A stretch of DNA of 64,000 nt from Promethearchaeota archaeon (GTDB lineage: Archaea; Asgardarchaeota; Lokiarchaeia; Sigyniarchaeales; SOKP01): the NCBI GenBank assembly GCA_019058365.1, contig JAHPZE010000002.1:266991-330990 (forward strand), written 5' to 3'. The position numbers were made by a program, and so were the translations under genes. Positions 1-10,645 of the stretch are shown in pieces. The notes under the pieces were generated by a model, which saw only the letters and a list, made by a program, of their open reading frames with translations, ran no database searches and was not told the origin of the DNA. Position 1 is the stretch's first letter; the number at the start of each line of letters is the position of its first letter.

Positions 1-797
1 CAAGTTATTACACCGTTTTCCACGAGATCTACAATCCCATCTGAAAAAACCTCACTATGAACGCCCAAATCTTTCTTATCTAGTAATTCTTTTGTAACTG
101 CATTAGGAATCTCTCCTATTCCCATTTGAATAGTTGACTCATCTTCAATTAAAGATGCAACAAATTTAGCTATTTTAGTAGAAACATCATCCAACTCACC
201 ATAGCTAAATTCAATAATATCATGCTCACTTAAAACAAAAGCATCTATATCATCCATATGAATAAATGAATTACCTAAAGTACGGGGCATTTTCGGATTT
301 ATCTCAGCTACAACTTTTTCAGCAGATTCAGCTATTGGTTTAACAATGTCAATATTAATTCCGTAACTACAGAAGCCGTATCGATCAGGTGGACTTACTT
401 GAATTAATGCTGCGTCTACATGCATCTTTCCGGATGTAAATAACTTTGGAATTTCAGAAAGAAGCATTGGAGTATAATCTGCTTGGGCTCCTTCCACGTA
501 TTTACGTAAAGATTTTCCTATAAAAAATGCGTTATGTCTAAATAAGTCTTCTATACCACCCGCAGTTTCATAATAATCCAAATCACTAAGGCTGAGAAAA
601 TGTAATATTTCTACATCCGGAATCTTCAATCCAAGTTCAATTAATTTTTTAGTAAGATCAATAGGTTCAGCACACCCAGAATCGATAAAAATTCGATCTC
701 CTGGGTTAATATAGTCTCTAATTGCGTTATCAAAAGAAACCTGCTTCTTACTATAATCTTGCAATGAGTGTGGGAGATCTTTGTTCATATTAGGCAA
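1..797 (-). CDS. Acetyl-CoA hydrolase/4-hydroxybutyrate CoA-transferase family, N-terminal part (runs off the window)
   Basis: Not in the ORF track. Manual translation from ATG 788 (or TTG 797 after GGTGA) gives MNKDLPHSLQDYSKKQVSFDNAIRDYINPGDRIFIDSGCAEP...ADYTPMLLSEIP...QVSPPDRYGFCSYG...NPKMPRTLG...STIQMGIGEIP. Confidence 0.85.
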   Translation of the reverse strand, partial: MPNMNKDLPHSLQDYSKKQVSFDNAIRDYINPGDRIFIDSGCAEPIDLTKKLIELGLKIPDVEILHFLSLSDLDYYETAGGIEDLFRHNAFFIGKSLRKYVEGAQADYTPMLLSEIPKLFTSGKMHVDAALIQVSPPDRYGFCSYGINIDIVKPIAESAEKVVAEINPKMPRTLGNSFIHMDDIDAFVLSEHDIIEFSYGELDDVSTKIAKFVASLIEDESTIQMGIGEIPNAVTKELLDKKDLGVHSEVFSDGIVDLVENGVIT

Positions 798-1127
798 GAA
801 ATCACCTTTATATTTCAGAAATATATTTAAAATAGTCTTTTTTGGATTTTAAATATAATTATGAGTAATTGAAAGTTAAGTAATTTTTAAATTAAATTAC
901 AATTAAAAATTTATCAGTTTAATTCAGAATTACATAAAAATAAACTTAGCTAACGTGCAATTTTAACATTTTTTTTTAAACTCTTTAGTAATTTTCTTTT
1001 TTTAAAAATGTCTAGGCTATTGTTATTTAACTGCAAACAGGATTTCAAAGATAAATAATCAATAATAAATATTTAATTTCTTTTTAGAACTTATATTTCT
1101 ATAAAAAATGATTTTCTTAGATTTTAA

Positions 1128-1466
1128 ATGGGAAAAGATAAGATTGATATTGAAGATTTAGAAGCTTTCATTAATGGATTGAAAGATTCATTTGACACTT
1201 TAGAGAATATTGATCCAATACAAACTAAGGGATTCCAAGCACAAATGGCAAAAGCTATTTCAGATTTAAGGTCTAAAAGAGCCGCAAAAATTGAACCTCT
1301 TCCAAAACATATAGGGCATTTTAAAAAAGAAGATCTTAAAAATTACTTATTAAAGGAACTAGAGTCTTTACAAGATCTTTTAGATTCTTCTGATTATAAT
1401 AGGAGAAGAAAATTTGAATTAGTAAAAAAGATCGCTCTAATACGGGAGCAAGTAAATAATATGTAA
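1128..1466 (+). CDS. Hypothetical helical protein
   Basis: 112-aa ORF co-oriented with tatD. Confidence 0.6.
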   Translation: MGKDKIDIEDLEAFINGLKDSFDTLENIDPIQTKGFQAQMAKAISDLRSKRAAKIEPLPKHIGHFKKEDLKNYLLKELESLQDLLDSSDYNRRRKFELVKKIALIREQVNNM

Positions 1467-1496
1467 ACTTTTTATTTTTGTTAATATTAAGAGGGT

Positions 1497-2258
1497 TTGA
1501 AAATGCTAATAGATATACATTGTCATGCTAATCTCTATTTAGTTCTTGAGGAAATCATTAAAGATGCAAAAAACGTAGGAGTACAAAAGATAATCTCTGT
1601 TGGAATGAGTTTTATTAGTTTAGAAAGGATCTTAGAAATTTCCAAAAAATTTGATAACATCTATCCTGCATTAGGTATCCATCCAGAAGAAGTAAAGATG
1701 AATAAAAATATCGGAAATCAAATAGATTTAGCAATTGATCTAATTAAAGAAAATAAAGATTATATTTGTGCCATAGGAGAAATTGGTTTGGATCATCATT
1801 TTATTAAAGAGAAAGAGCTATATACACTTCAAAAGAAAATTTTTGAAGACATGCTTTCATTAGCACAAGAATTAGAATTACCCGTTAATTTGCACACTAA
1901 GGGTGCAGAAAAGATTGTATTCGATATACTTCCATCATATAAAATACCTAATATTAATATTCATTGGTATTCTGGTCCTGAAGATCTTCTGAATGTAGGA
2001 ATTGATAGAGGTTATTACTTCTCAATTACTCCTGCAATTAATTATTCTTCCGCAGTCAAAAAGACAGTTTTAAGGGTTGACAAAGAATTTCTTTTACTTG
2101 AAAGTGATGGCCCAGTTAAATATTCGGGAAAAATTGGTACACCTGCAATGATTAGAGACGTGTTAAATACAATCTCTAATATTATAAAAATCAATTCTAA
2201 AGATTTAGAATTGCAGATCGAAGAAAATACTAAGAAAATTTTTCCTAAAATCTTTTAA
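1497..2258 (+). CDS. tatD: TatD family metal-dependent hydrolase/DNase
   Basis: DIHCH, GIHP, IGEIGLD, LH, HW and LLESDGP motifs. Confidence 0.9.
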   Translation: MKMLIDIHCHANLYLVLEEIIKDAKNVGVQKIISVGMSFISLERILEISKKFDNIYPALGIHPEEVKMNKNIGNQIDLAIDLIKENKDYICAIGEIGLDHHFIKEKELYTLQKKIFEDMLSLAQELELPVNLHTKGAEKIVFDILPSYKIPNINIHWYSGPEDLLNVGIDRGYYFSITPAINYSSAVKKTVLRVDKEFLLLESDGPVKYSGKIGTPAMIRDVLNTISNIIKINSKDLELQIEENTKKIFPKIF

Positions 2259-2265
2259 ATTTTCT

Positions 2266-3318
2266 TTACTTACCTTTAAGAGTTTTTTCTATACCTTCCC
2301 AAAGACCGGATATATAAATTGAACCAAGAGCTCTATCATATAATCCATATCCAGGACGTCCTTTTTCTCCCCAAATCATTCTCCCATGGTCAGGACGAAT
2401 CGCACCTGTGAACCCTACTTCTATAAAAGCTTTTATTACTTCATACATATTAATATCTCCAAATTCAGTAGGGTGTTCAACTTCATGAAAACTATATTCA
2501 CCCGTATGCTTGATATTACGACAATGAGCAAATGGAATACGCTCCATAGCCCCAAACTTTCTTATACTTTTTATTAAATCTATTTTTGGATTTGCACCAA
2601 GAGATCCTGTACAAAAAGTTATTCCATTTGATGGACTATCAACAATCTTTACAAAATGTTCTAAAGCAGCCTCATCAGTAATTATACGAGGTAAATTAAA
2701 TATGGGCCATGGGGGATCATCAGGATGAATACCCATTTTTACACCAGATTCTTCTGCAACGGGAATAACTTGCTTTAAGAAATATTCCAAATTCGACCAT
2801 AGTTTCTTTTCATCAGTATCTGAATAAGCATCCAATAGGTCATCCAATTCTTTTTTTTTATATTGAGTTGCCCAACCAGGTAGTTCTAATGTACCTTCCC
2901 TAAGATTTATATTTTTTAATTGTTCATGATCATAACTTAGAACATTTGAGCCATCAGAAATTTCCAAATTGAGTTCAGTACGAGTCCAATCAAACACCGG
3001 CATAAAGTTATAACACAAAACTCTAATACCAAGAGAAGCCATATTACGAATACTTTGGCAATAGTTATCTATAAATTCATCGCGAGTGGGAAGCCCTAGC
3101 TTGATATCCTCGTGAATAGGAATGCTTTCGATAACTGAAAATTTCAATCCTTCAGCTTCAATCTTTCTTTTAAGCAATTTTAATTTCTCTGTAGACCATA
3201 CATCACCTATATTTACATCATATAATGCTGATACAATTCCAGTTACTCTCGGGATCTGTTTTATATACTTTAGTGGTATTGGATCATTATCACCATACCA
3301 GCGGAATGTCATTTCCAT
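2266..3318 (-). CDS. uxuA: Mannonate dehydratase
   Basis: MTFRWYG, CYNFMPVFDWTRT, IHPDDPP, RPDHG and PGYGLYDRALG motifs. Confidence 0.95.
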   Translation of the reverse strand: MEMTFRWYGDNDPIPLKYIKQIPRVTGIVSALYDVNIGDVWSTEKLKLLKRKIEAEGLKFSVIESIPIHEDIKLGLPTRDEFIDNYCQSIRNMASLGIRVLCYNFMPVFDWTRTELNLEISDGSNVLSYDHEQLKNINLREGTLELPGWATQYKKKELDDLLDAYSDTDEKKLWSNLEYFLKQVIPVAEESGVKMGIHPDDPPWPIFNLPRIITDEAALEHFVKIVDSPSNGITFCTGSLGANPKIDLIKSIRKFGAMERIPFAHCRNIKHTGEYSFHEVEHPTEFGDINMYEVIKAFIEVGFTGAIRPDHGRMIWGEKGRPGYGLYDRALGSIYISGLWEGIEKTLKGK

Positions 3319-3345
3319 TTTGAATCACCTTAAATAATTGAAATT

Positions 3346-4203
3346 TTAGACCCCCGCATATGCAGAAAACCCTCCATCAACGGGAATAACAATTCCATTA
3401 ACAAAACTAGAAGCTTTTTCATCAATTAACCATAAAAGAGTTCCAATTAACTCTTCTGGTTCGCCAAAACGTCCCATTGGAGTGTTATTAAGAATTTTTT
3501 CTGCTCGAGCGTTAAATGAACCATCTTTATTAGTTAATAGTATACGATTTTGTTCTGTTAAAAAGAAGCCTGGTGCTATAGCATTAACTCGGATTTTTAC
3601 TTTAGACATATGTACGGCTAACCACTGAGTAAAATTACTTACTGCTGCTTTTGCAGCACTGTATGCAGGGATTTTGGTTAAGGGACGAATTGCATTCATT
3701 GATGCTATATTAATGATTATCGCATCTTTTTCGGTCATCATCTTTTTAGCAAATACTTGAGTTGCTAAAAACATTCCAATAAAATTCAAATTGAAGATAA
3801 ATTCAATGCCTTCTTTTTCTAAATCAAAAAAAGTAATAATTCCTTTTTGCTTATTTGTTAAATCTTCCATGGTGAGATATTCCTTTGATGTAGTAGCTTT
3901 TGGATGATTACCTCCTGCTCCATTTATCAAGATACTCCAAGAACCAAATTCTTTTGAAATAATCCTTTCAGCTTTCTTTAGGCTTTCCATATCTAATACA
4001 TCTGCCTTAACTGAGATTGCAACTCCTTGTTTTGAATTGATTTTATCTACTACCTTCTCAGCTGCGTCTTTATTAATATCGATAATAGCAACTTTTACCC
4101 CACACTCTGCCAGAGCTTCTGAAAAACATCCACAGAGGACTCCGGCACCACCCGTTATTATAGCAACTTTACCCTCTAAATTGATTTTTAAAGGTAAATT
4201 CAT
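3346..4203 (-). CDS. uxuB: SDR-family D-mannonate oxidoreductase (fructuronate reductase)
   Basis: TGGAGVL, NGAGGNHP, YSAAK, VDGGFSAY; directly upstream of uxuA. Confidence 0.85.
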   Translation of the reverse strand: MNLPLKINLEGKVAIITGGAGVLCGCFSEALAECGVKVAIIDINKDAAEKVVDKINSKQGVAISVKADVLDMESLKKAERIISKEFGSWSILINGAGGNHPKATTSKEYLTMEDLTNKQKGIITFFDLEKEGIEFIFNLNFIGMFLATQVFAKKMMTEKDAIIINIASMNAIRPLTKIPAYSAAKAAVSNFTQWLAVHMSKVKIRVNAIAPGFFLTEQNRILLTNKDGSFNARAEKILNNTPMGRFGEPEELIGTLLWLIDEKASSFVNGIVIPVDGGFSAYAGV

Positions 4204-4287
4204 ATAATTCTCACGATTTTTTTATTAAATTTGAGTAATTTAAAGGAGTGAATAATAATTCTTAATTAAATATTGCATGTACTAGTA

Positions 4288-5292
4288 TTAGTCTTTTTCC
4301 ATTAATTTAATAATTTCTTCTGGGAGTTCTCCTTTATTTTTCATACGATTCAACATGTCTTTTACTTCAGAGAGTGTATTTCCATAAATATGGAGAGAAT
4401 TACTAAAATCTAAATAATGCCCAATATCAACTCCTAATTGATCAGCAACGTATTTTTGGATTCTAATCATTCCATTTACATTAGCTTCCCATGCTCGAAA
4501 TAAATCTCTACTCCTCCAAGTTGTTTGGATTATTAACTTTCCCTCTTTTATACGCATATAGATTCGTTGTAAACAAGGAGGATCTACATGATAGGGATCT
4601 ATTAAAGGTCTCCATGTTATTGCTTGCGCTCGACGGCTATATGGTTTTTCTCTTAATTTCTGAATTATATATTCGATTTGATTGATTCTTGGAAAATTTA
4701 AAATCCCTATTGGTATTTTATCTATACCAATTTTATCTGAAATTTTTTTGTCTAATTCAAATTCAACACCATCCTTTAGCTTCCATATATCTGTATCTTC
4801 TGTAGATTTTATCTTTTCTGCTTTAATTAACTTCTGATGGTGTTTTATAAAATCAGTATCCACGAATTCTAAATCATAATATCTATGAATTGTATCTTCA
4901 AGCGCAAATGGTGCATAATTGAAAATTCTATCATGATAGGAATATGGAAAACTCACACCAGAGTCATATATAAAATGATCATTGACTCCTTCCAAAATCT
5001 CTTCAATATAACCGCTCTGTATAGATCCAACTAAATAAGTATCTGCAATACAACCATAGATTTCATAAGAATTTCCATACTTTGATTTAATTTTCATAAT
5101 TTTGTCCTTTCGCATAACAGGACTGCTAAATGGATTAATGATTTCTATTAATACTGTAGCATCTTTAGAGGGTGGATCTTCAGGTTTATCATATTCAGTT
5201 TTTATATCATCTCCTTTGAATAATACTTGCCCCACAGCTGAAAGCCATGCGTCTCGAACATTATTTTTTGAAATGAAAAAAACTTTTGCCAT
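4288..5292 (-). CDS. thyA: Thymidylate synthase (archaeal ThyA/dUMP methyltransferase-like)
   Basis: YSYHDR, SRRA, PPCL, RSRD, N and SLHIY motifs; start taken as MAKVF. Confidence 0.8.
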   Translation of the reverse strand: MAKVFFISKNNVRDAWLSAVGQVLFKGDDIKTEYDKPEDPPSKDATVLIEIINPFSSPVMRKDKIMKIKSKYGNSYEIYGCIADTYLVGSIQSGYIEEILEGVNDHFIYDSGVSFPYSYHDRIFNYAPFALEDTIHRYYDLEFVDTDFIKHHQKLIKAEKIKSTEDTDIWKLKDGVEFELDKKISDKIGIDKIPIGILNFPRINQIEYIIQKLREKPYSRRAQAITWRPLIDPYHVDPPCLQRIYMRIKEGKLIIQTTWRSRDLFRAWEANVNGMIRIQKYVADQLGVDIGHYLDFSNSLHIYGNTLSEVKDMLNRMKNKGELPEEIIKLMEKD

Positions 5293-5584
5293 TTTTGAGC
5301 ACCACAAAAAAATTATTTCAATATCTATTGATATAGATATTTATAATATACAATATTAGAATGTAATTGTTAAATTTTTAATAAACTTCTATTGACTATC
5401 ATAAATTTTTAATTTTCCAAAATAAGTATATTTTAGTTCAAGATTATTTTACAATTTTATAGCATTTATAATGCCCAAATTTACATTATGTTAACATAAG
5501 AATATAACAAAATTTTATCAGAATTTATTTTAAAGAAACAATTACGAATTATAAGCTAATTAACTGACAATTGGTTGAAGTATT

Positions 5585-5785
5585 ATGGGTGACGATAAGG
5601 AAAAAAAGAAAAAAAGTAAATTTGGAAAGAATTTAAAGAAAGGTTTTGCAAAAGGTTTAGGGAAAGTAGTGGAAGGAGTTAGTGGCTCAGAAGCAGCAGG
5701 TAAAGGTATTAAAAAGACTGTTAAATCTGGAAGCGTGAAAAAAGGGGTTAAAAAGGGAGTTAAGGAAGTAAAAGAGGACGATTAA
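5585..5785 (+). CDS. Small Lys/Gly-rich low-complexity protein
   Basis: 66-aa ORF, more G-rich than its flanks. Confidence 0.55.
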   Translation: MGDDKEKKKKSKFGKNLKKGFAKGLGKVVEGVSGSEAAGKGIKKTVKSGSVKKGVKKGVKEVKEDD

Positions 5786-5903
5786 TTCTATTCAAGAAAT
5801 TAAAATTCTTAATAACTTCTTATTTTTTATTATAATTATATTTTTAATAATAAAATCATATTAAATTTATAGAAAATATAAATAAAAGAGTTTATATTTA
5901 AAA

Positions 5904-6194
5904 ATGAAGGTAGATCTCGAATTTTCCCCACCTTTTAATGAAGTATCAAAAAATCTGTTCGAAACACTTGAACTTGATAAAGAATTGACTTTAGATGAAT
6001 TAATAGATTTTTTTGGACAAAAATATGGAAAGAAATTTATTGACTTAATCTGGGAAAATGGAGAGAAGGGAAAGTTTAACAAACTTCTTTCTATCATTAT
6101 TAATGGAATAAGTTATCGAGATGATAATTTTTTAGAAACTAAAATTAAAGACGGAGACCAGATTGTTTTTATATATATTTATTTTGGAGGGTAA
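5904..6194 (+). CDS. MoaD/ThiS/SAMP ubiquitin-like protein
   Basis: IING...KIKDGDQIV and C-terminal GG. Confidence 0.85.
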   Translation: MKVDLEFSPPFNEVSKNLFETLELDKELTLDELIDFFGQKYGKKFIDLIWENGEKGKFNKLLSIIINGISYRDDNFLETKIKDGDQIVFIYIYFGG

Positions 6195-6236
6195 ATTTTC
6201 TTAATTCTAATTCACTATTTCTTACCTAAAAATATT

Positions 6237-7268
6237 TTAAAGCAAATATATTATCCACATTCCAAATCCAGTTAATATTGGATTTAAAATATTATCAGAA
6301 ATATTCTTTGTAAAAGCATCTACTAATAAAAATAACAAAGTAGCAATCAGACTCATAAGAATAATTTTTTCAAAACTAACCGATAACCAAGGATGATAAA
6401 TCATTGAAATTGAAAAAACTATTATAAAGGTCGCAAAACCACCAGCTATGAACCCTTCAATAGTTTTTTTATTATTTGTTTTAAGACTATGTTTCCCATA
6501 TTCTTTACCTATTAGACACGCTACCGCATCAGCTCCAGTAGTTATTAAAGCGACTGATGCAAGAATTGGAAAAGGTGCGAATATGAAAGGAACAAAAGAT
6601 AGAACTAAGGGTGTAGATGCTACGAATGTGTGTAATTCACTTTGTTTCATATCTTGATACCAACTTTTAGCCCAATTAGGGAGCATGTAAAATCTATTTA
6701 AGCGTGCTAAATCTGCAACCTGAAACATTATAACAAAACCAAATCCTACAGTGATTATCAACCAGTATGAGAAACTATAATTATCTAATCCCCATTGAGT
6801 TAAAACGCCTAGATCATTAAGGATTGTTCCTAATGTCCAAAAGAAAAAAATTACAAAACAGGTAAACAGATGCAGGAATTTTCTCCCTAATTCGCTTTTT
6901 AAATCATCTTTCCAATTTTTGTTAAATTCATCACAGAATTTACCATAATCTCTTTGAGCCATAATTTCAGGATTTTTTTTCGAGATCACAGCATTATAGA
7001 TTAATGTAAAAACCCAAACTGTCATCTCGATTGAAAGAAAGAGGGATGTAAAAAGCCATAAGTAATTCAATGAATTTTGACTCAAATTGGGTGAATGAAA
7101 ACGATATATAAAAGGAAATGAAATTCCTGCTAATAAAAATAGAAACGCTATTAATAATTCATTAGTAAATAAATGATTTTCAACCTTAATCTTTCTATTT
7201 TTTAAAATATATATTAAAGTTAAAATAAAATATCCAATGAAAATTAGGCTTGTAGGTAAAAAATACAT
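6237..7268 (-). CDS. CTP-dependent polyprenol/diacylglycerol kinase family membrane protein
   Basis: RKFLH, ADAVACLIGKEYG, KTIEG, SDN. Confidence 0.75.
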   Translation of the reverse strand: MYFLPTSLIFIGYFILTLIYILKNRKIKVENHLFTNELLIAFLFLLAGISFPFIYRFHSPNLSQNSLNYLWLFTSLFLSIEMTVWVFTLIYNAVISKKNPEIMAQRDYGKFCDEFNKNWKDDLKSELGRKFLHLFTCFVIFFFWTLGTILNDLGVLTQWGLDNYSFSYWLIITVGFGFVIMFQVADLARLNRFYMLPNWAKSWYQDMKQSELHTFVASTPLVLSFVPFIFAPFPILASVALITTGADAVACLIGKEYGKHSLKTNNKKTIEGFIAGGFATFIIVFSISMIYHPWLSVSFEKIILMSLIATLLFLLVDAFTKNISDNILNPILTGFGMWIIYLL

Positions 7269-7338
7269 ATTGTTATCCTTTAAAGGTGAATAATTTAAAA
7301 ATTTTTACAGCCTTAAACAAATTCGATTTCACTCCTCA

Positions 7339-8442
7339 TTAAAACCACAATAAGATAAATGAATAATAATTAAAATTAAGAAAGTATCTCAAGAGTACAT
7401 ATATTAAACTACAACCAATTGGAATTAGGAGATTATCTGACAGTTTAATAGGTTTGTTTGTGAAAATATCAAAAATTAAAAATGCTAGAGAAAAAATTAC
7501 ACCCCAATAAATCCCAATAAAGAATAAACATATTATAAAGGTTGTAAACATGCCTGCTAATGATCCTTCCCATGTCTTTCTTTTGTTCCACAGAATATTA
7601 CTGGTTCCAAATCTTATACCAACTTGACTTGTAGCCAAATCACTAATGGAACTTATACCTAAAATAGTAAAAAATACCATTGGAGGACAAATAAAAGCAG
7701 CAAACATTTGACCAATTGCGAAATAAAGATACGTACCATAATTTTCTCTCTCCTCATCAGAAAGATATAGCTTTGGGAAAATAGTAAAAGGGAAAGAAAA
7801 AAAGCGAGACTTACGTGCAAACTCATTAACAAGCATAAATAAACTTAATATATAAAAAAAGAAAAAGAGGAGATAATAAAACCACCCAAATGAAAACATA
7901 ATATCCCTAATTGAATTTGGTTCATTTAAAATTCTAAAATACACTAATAACATATTATTTTCAGTAGGAATCATTCCAGCTGAGGTTCCTGTAAAAAATA
8001 TTACTAAATATAATCCAATGTACCACACAACTAAAAGACCAATGAATATTAAAACATGATTTAGCTTTCGAAGAGTGTCTTTTTTAGCCTTGCTCCATAG
8101 TTTACGTTTCTCTAATAATTTATTAGTCAATTTCGAAAAATCTTTTATTACTTTTTTTTTACTTAGAGATACTAACCCTGTAGATATTATTATTAGTACC
8201 ACTATAAAAGCCAATGGAATCCCTAAAGCAAAAAAAAACAAAGGAACTATAATTGGTGGAAACAATATTTCCTGATTCATCAATATAAGAAAAATTGTAA
8301 TATGAATAAATACAAAAAATAGAGCGCCAAATCCAAATAAGTTATTTAAAATATCTGTTTTATATGAAAAATGGATATAATTAAAAAGAATAAGAAAATA
8401 AGAGAATATGATTAATGAAAACCAGATCAAAATATATTCCAT
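7339..8442 (-). CDS. CTP-dependent polyprenol/diacylglycerol kinase family membrane protein (tandem paralogue)
   Basis: RKLNH, SDLATSQVGIRFG, KTWEG, SDN; likely start MEYIL at 8442. Confidence 0.75.
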   Translation of the reverse strand: MEYILIWFSLIIFSYFLILFNYIHFSYKTDILNNLFGFGALFFVFIHITIFLILMNQEILFPPIIVPLFFFALGIPLAFIVVLIIISTGLVSLSKKKVIKDFSKLTNKLLEKRKLWSKAKKDTLRKLNHVLIFIGLLVVWYIGLYLVIFFTGTSAGMIPTENNMLLVYFRILNEPNSIRDIMFSFGWFYYLLFFFFYILSLFMLVNEFARKSRFFSFPFTIFPKLYLSDEERENYGTYLYFAIGQMFAAFICPPMVFFTILGISSISDLATSQVGIRFGTSNILWNKRKTWEGSLAGMFTTFIICLFFIGIYWGVIFSLAFLIFDIFTNKPIKLSDNLLIPIGCSLIYVLLRYFLNFNYYSFILLWF

Positions 8443-8606
8443 AATTTTAATAACCAAATTTATAATTACTATATATTTGGTAATTAAAATAAATTTAATA
8501 TTTGGATTACTTAGTCCACTGAAATTATTAAGTTTTAATAAAAACTGTATGAATAAATTTACAGAAAAACTATTCTTATAATAAGTAGTCTTTAAATTCA
8601 AAGAAT

Positions 8607-9236
8607 GTGAAAATAAGTATGAAAAAAATCATCTTAGCTTCTAAATCAACTGATAGAAGTGAAATGTTTAACCGAGCAGGGATTTCATTTGAGATCTTTG
8701 CTACCAACATTGATGAAGAAAAATACAAAACAACTATCTCTGATGGGATTGCCCTTGTAAAAAAACTTGCTAAAGAAAAAGCGGTATTTGCAAAAAATAA
8801 ATTGATTAATAATAAAGAAAATGCTATAATCGTTGCAGCAGATACAATAGTAGAACTTGATGGAAAAATTATTGGGAAAGCTCATAGTGAAGAAGAAGCA
8901 TTCAAAATCCTTAAAATAATGATGGGAAGAACACATAGACTTATAACAGGAATTGCTATCACTGAAATTAAAAATCCAAAAATAGTCATAGATTCAGATA
9001 CCACATTTGTTGAATTTCTTAAACTTTCTGATGAAGAAATAAGAAAATATGTTAAAACTAATGAATGGAAGGGACGTGCTGGAGCTTATTCAATAAGAGA
9101 TAAAGCGAGTTTGTTTATTAAAAAAATAAATGGTTCTTCTTCTAATGTAATAGGCTTATCAATGCATAAATTATATCTAATATTAAAAATCGAATTTCAG
9201 ATAAATTTATTTCAACTTGATGAAAATTTTACTTAA
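8607..9236 (+). CDS. maf: Maf family nucleotide pyrophosphatase
   Basis: IILASKS, DE, AADTIV, IGK, AGAY, NVIGL. Confidence 0.9.
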   Translation: MKISMKKIILASKSTDRSEMFNRAGISFEIFATNIDEEKYKTTISDGIALVKKLAKEKAVFAKNKLINNKENAIIVAADTIVELDGKIIGKAHSEEEAFKILKIMMGRTHRLITGIAITEIKNPKIVIDSDTTFVEFLKLSDEEIRKYVKTNEWKGRAGAYSIRDKASLFIKKINGSSSNVIGLSMHKLYLILKIEFQINLFQLDENFT

Positions 9237-9306
9237 CCATGGCGAAAATTAATGTTTGAATAAGTACTTTAACTAATGTAAAGAAACTGAAAAAATAACC
9301 TAGACC

Positions 9307-9477
9307 CTATTTACCTGAAAACTCCTTCCAAACTTTTAAATCTTCATAAAATTTTAACATCTTTTCAAATTTGGAGATTTTATTTTCATAATAAGTATGA
9401 TCAGCATATTTTCTTTTAGATAACTCTTTTGCTGCTAAAATTCCATTTTTATACCGAGTTATTTTTTCATCAATCAC
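9307..9477 (-). CDS. Small hypothetical protein (56 aa, below the ORF-track cutoff)
   Basis: GTG..TAG frame MIDEKITRYKNGILAAKELSKRKYADHTYYENKISKFEKMLKFYEDLKVWKEFSGK fills the intergenic gap. Confidence 0.5.
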   Translation of the reverse strand: MIDEKITRYKNGILAAKELSKRKYADHTYYENKISKFEKMLKFYEDLKVWKEFSGK

Positions 9478-9559
9478 ATTTTTTTTTCAATTATAATCTT
9501 ATTTAAAACACAAAAATATCACGGTATTATCCTATCGAAAGATATAAGCACTGAAGATG

Positions 9560-10504
9560 TTATTTTAATGATAAAATTTTCTTCATTTCTTCTTCTTTTA
9601 CATTTAACAACTCTGAATGAGGAAGTCTTTCTGTAAGTAAACGCCAATTTTTATCTTTTTTAAATATCCTTTTAAACAGTATTAATGCTTTATCCATCTG
9701 ATTTTGATTTGCTAAAGAAACTGCGGTCCAATATGTCATTTCAAGATTCTCTGGAAACATTTTCTGCGCAGCATCATACTCTTTAAGTGCTTTAGCCATA
9801 TCTCCTTTCTCTATAGCGAGATCTCCATTATTCATATGTTCATAAGCACGAAAAATTTTTAATAGTCTGCTTAATTCTTTCAATGGCTCATTATGATCCT
9901 CCACTCTGAGATCAATTAAAGGGTCTTCCCATTTATTCTCTGTTGGTTCACCAGCAACTATTAATATCGCAGCAGATTGTTTGCCTCTTATATCACCTCC
10001 AACCGATTCCGCAGCTTCTAGGCTTTTAATTATTCGCTCTGGTAATGATAAATTATCACATCTTTTAAATGCTTCGGCCATTGCTGGCCATACTTCATCA
10101 GAAAGCATCATATTTGCCTGAACAGAAAAACTATTACCGATTTTATGTCCAGCATGTTTTATACATTTTGGACCAGTATGTGTTGCTACACGTCCTTGTG
10201 TATCTAAAATAGCTACTTGTCTTACATCTCTACCATCGTCATCTGAGATTAAGAGATTAATTGCTTCTTGAGGTGATTTACCTTGTCTTAGAAGTTCAAG
10301 TCCTCTAAGACCGAAAGACTTATTAACAAGTGATTGTGTTGCTACAACACCAATTCCCGCTTCTCCCCATGAAACAACGCTTCCAACTGAAAACCAATGA
10401 CTTTGCACTCCAACACCCATTTCTCCAGTTTTAGGATCTCTCGCAACTATAGAATAAGTATGTGCGAAAAAGTTATTCTTAGATCGATTATTCTTTTGAT
10501 TCAT
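9560..10504 (-). CDS. DUF1028 (Ntn-hydrolase-like) protein with C-terminal TPR
   Basis: TYSIVARD, GVVATQ, GGDIRGKQSAA, DLRVEDH; TPR-like tail. Confidence 0.85.
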   Translation of the reverse strand: MNQKNNRSKNNFFAHTYSIVARDPKTGEMGVGVQSHWFSVGSVVSWGEAGIGVVATQSLVNKSFGLRGLELLRQGKSPQEAINLLISDDDGRDVRQVAILDTQGRVATHTGPKCIKHAGHKIGNSFSVQANMMLSDEVWPAMAEAFKRCDNLSLPERIIKSLEAAESVGGDIRGKQSAAILIVAGEPTENKWEDPLIDLRVEDHNEPLKELSRLLKIFRAYEHMNNGDLAIEKGDMAKALKEYDAAQKMFPENLEMTYWTAVSLANQNQMDKALILFKRIFKKDKNWRLLTERLPHSELLNVKEEEMKKILSLK

Positions 10505-10645
10505 TGTTATTAGATCGGTTTAAAAACTTAAAAAAGTTTTATTATTCCTTTTTTAATTTATTGATATTTCAGAATGAAAAATGTTAAATTCTTTTATAAT
10601 TTAAAACCTTAATAAAAATCATTAATTCATATAAGATGATTTCAA

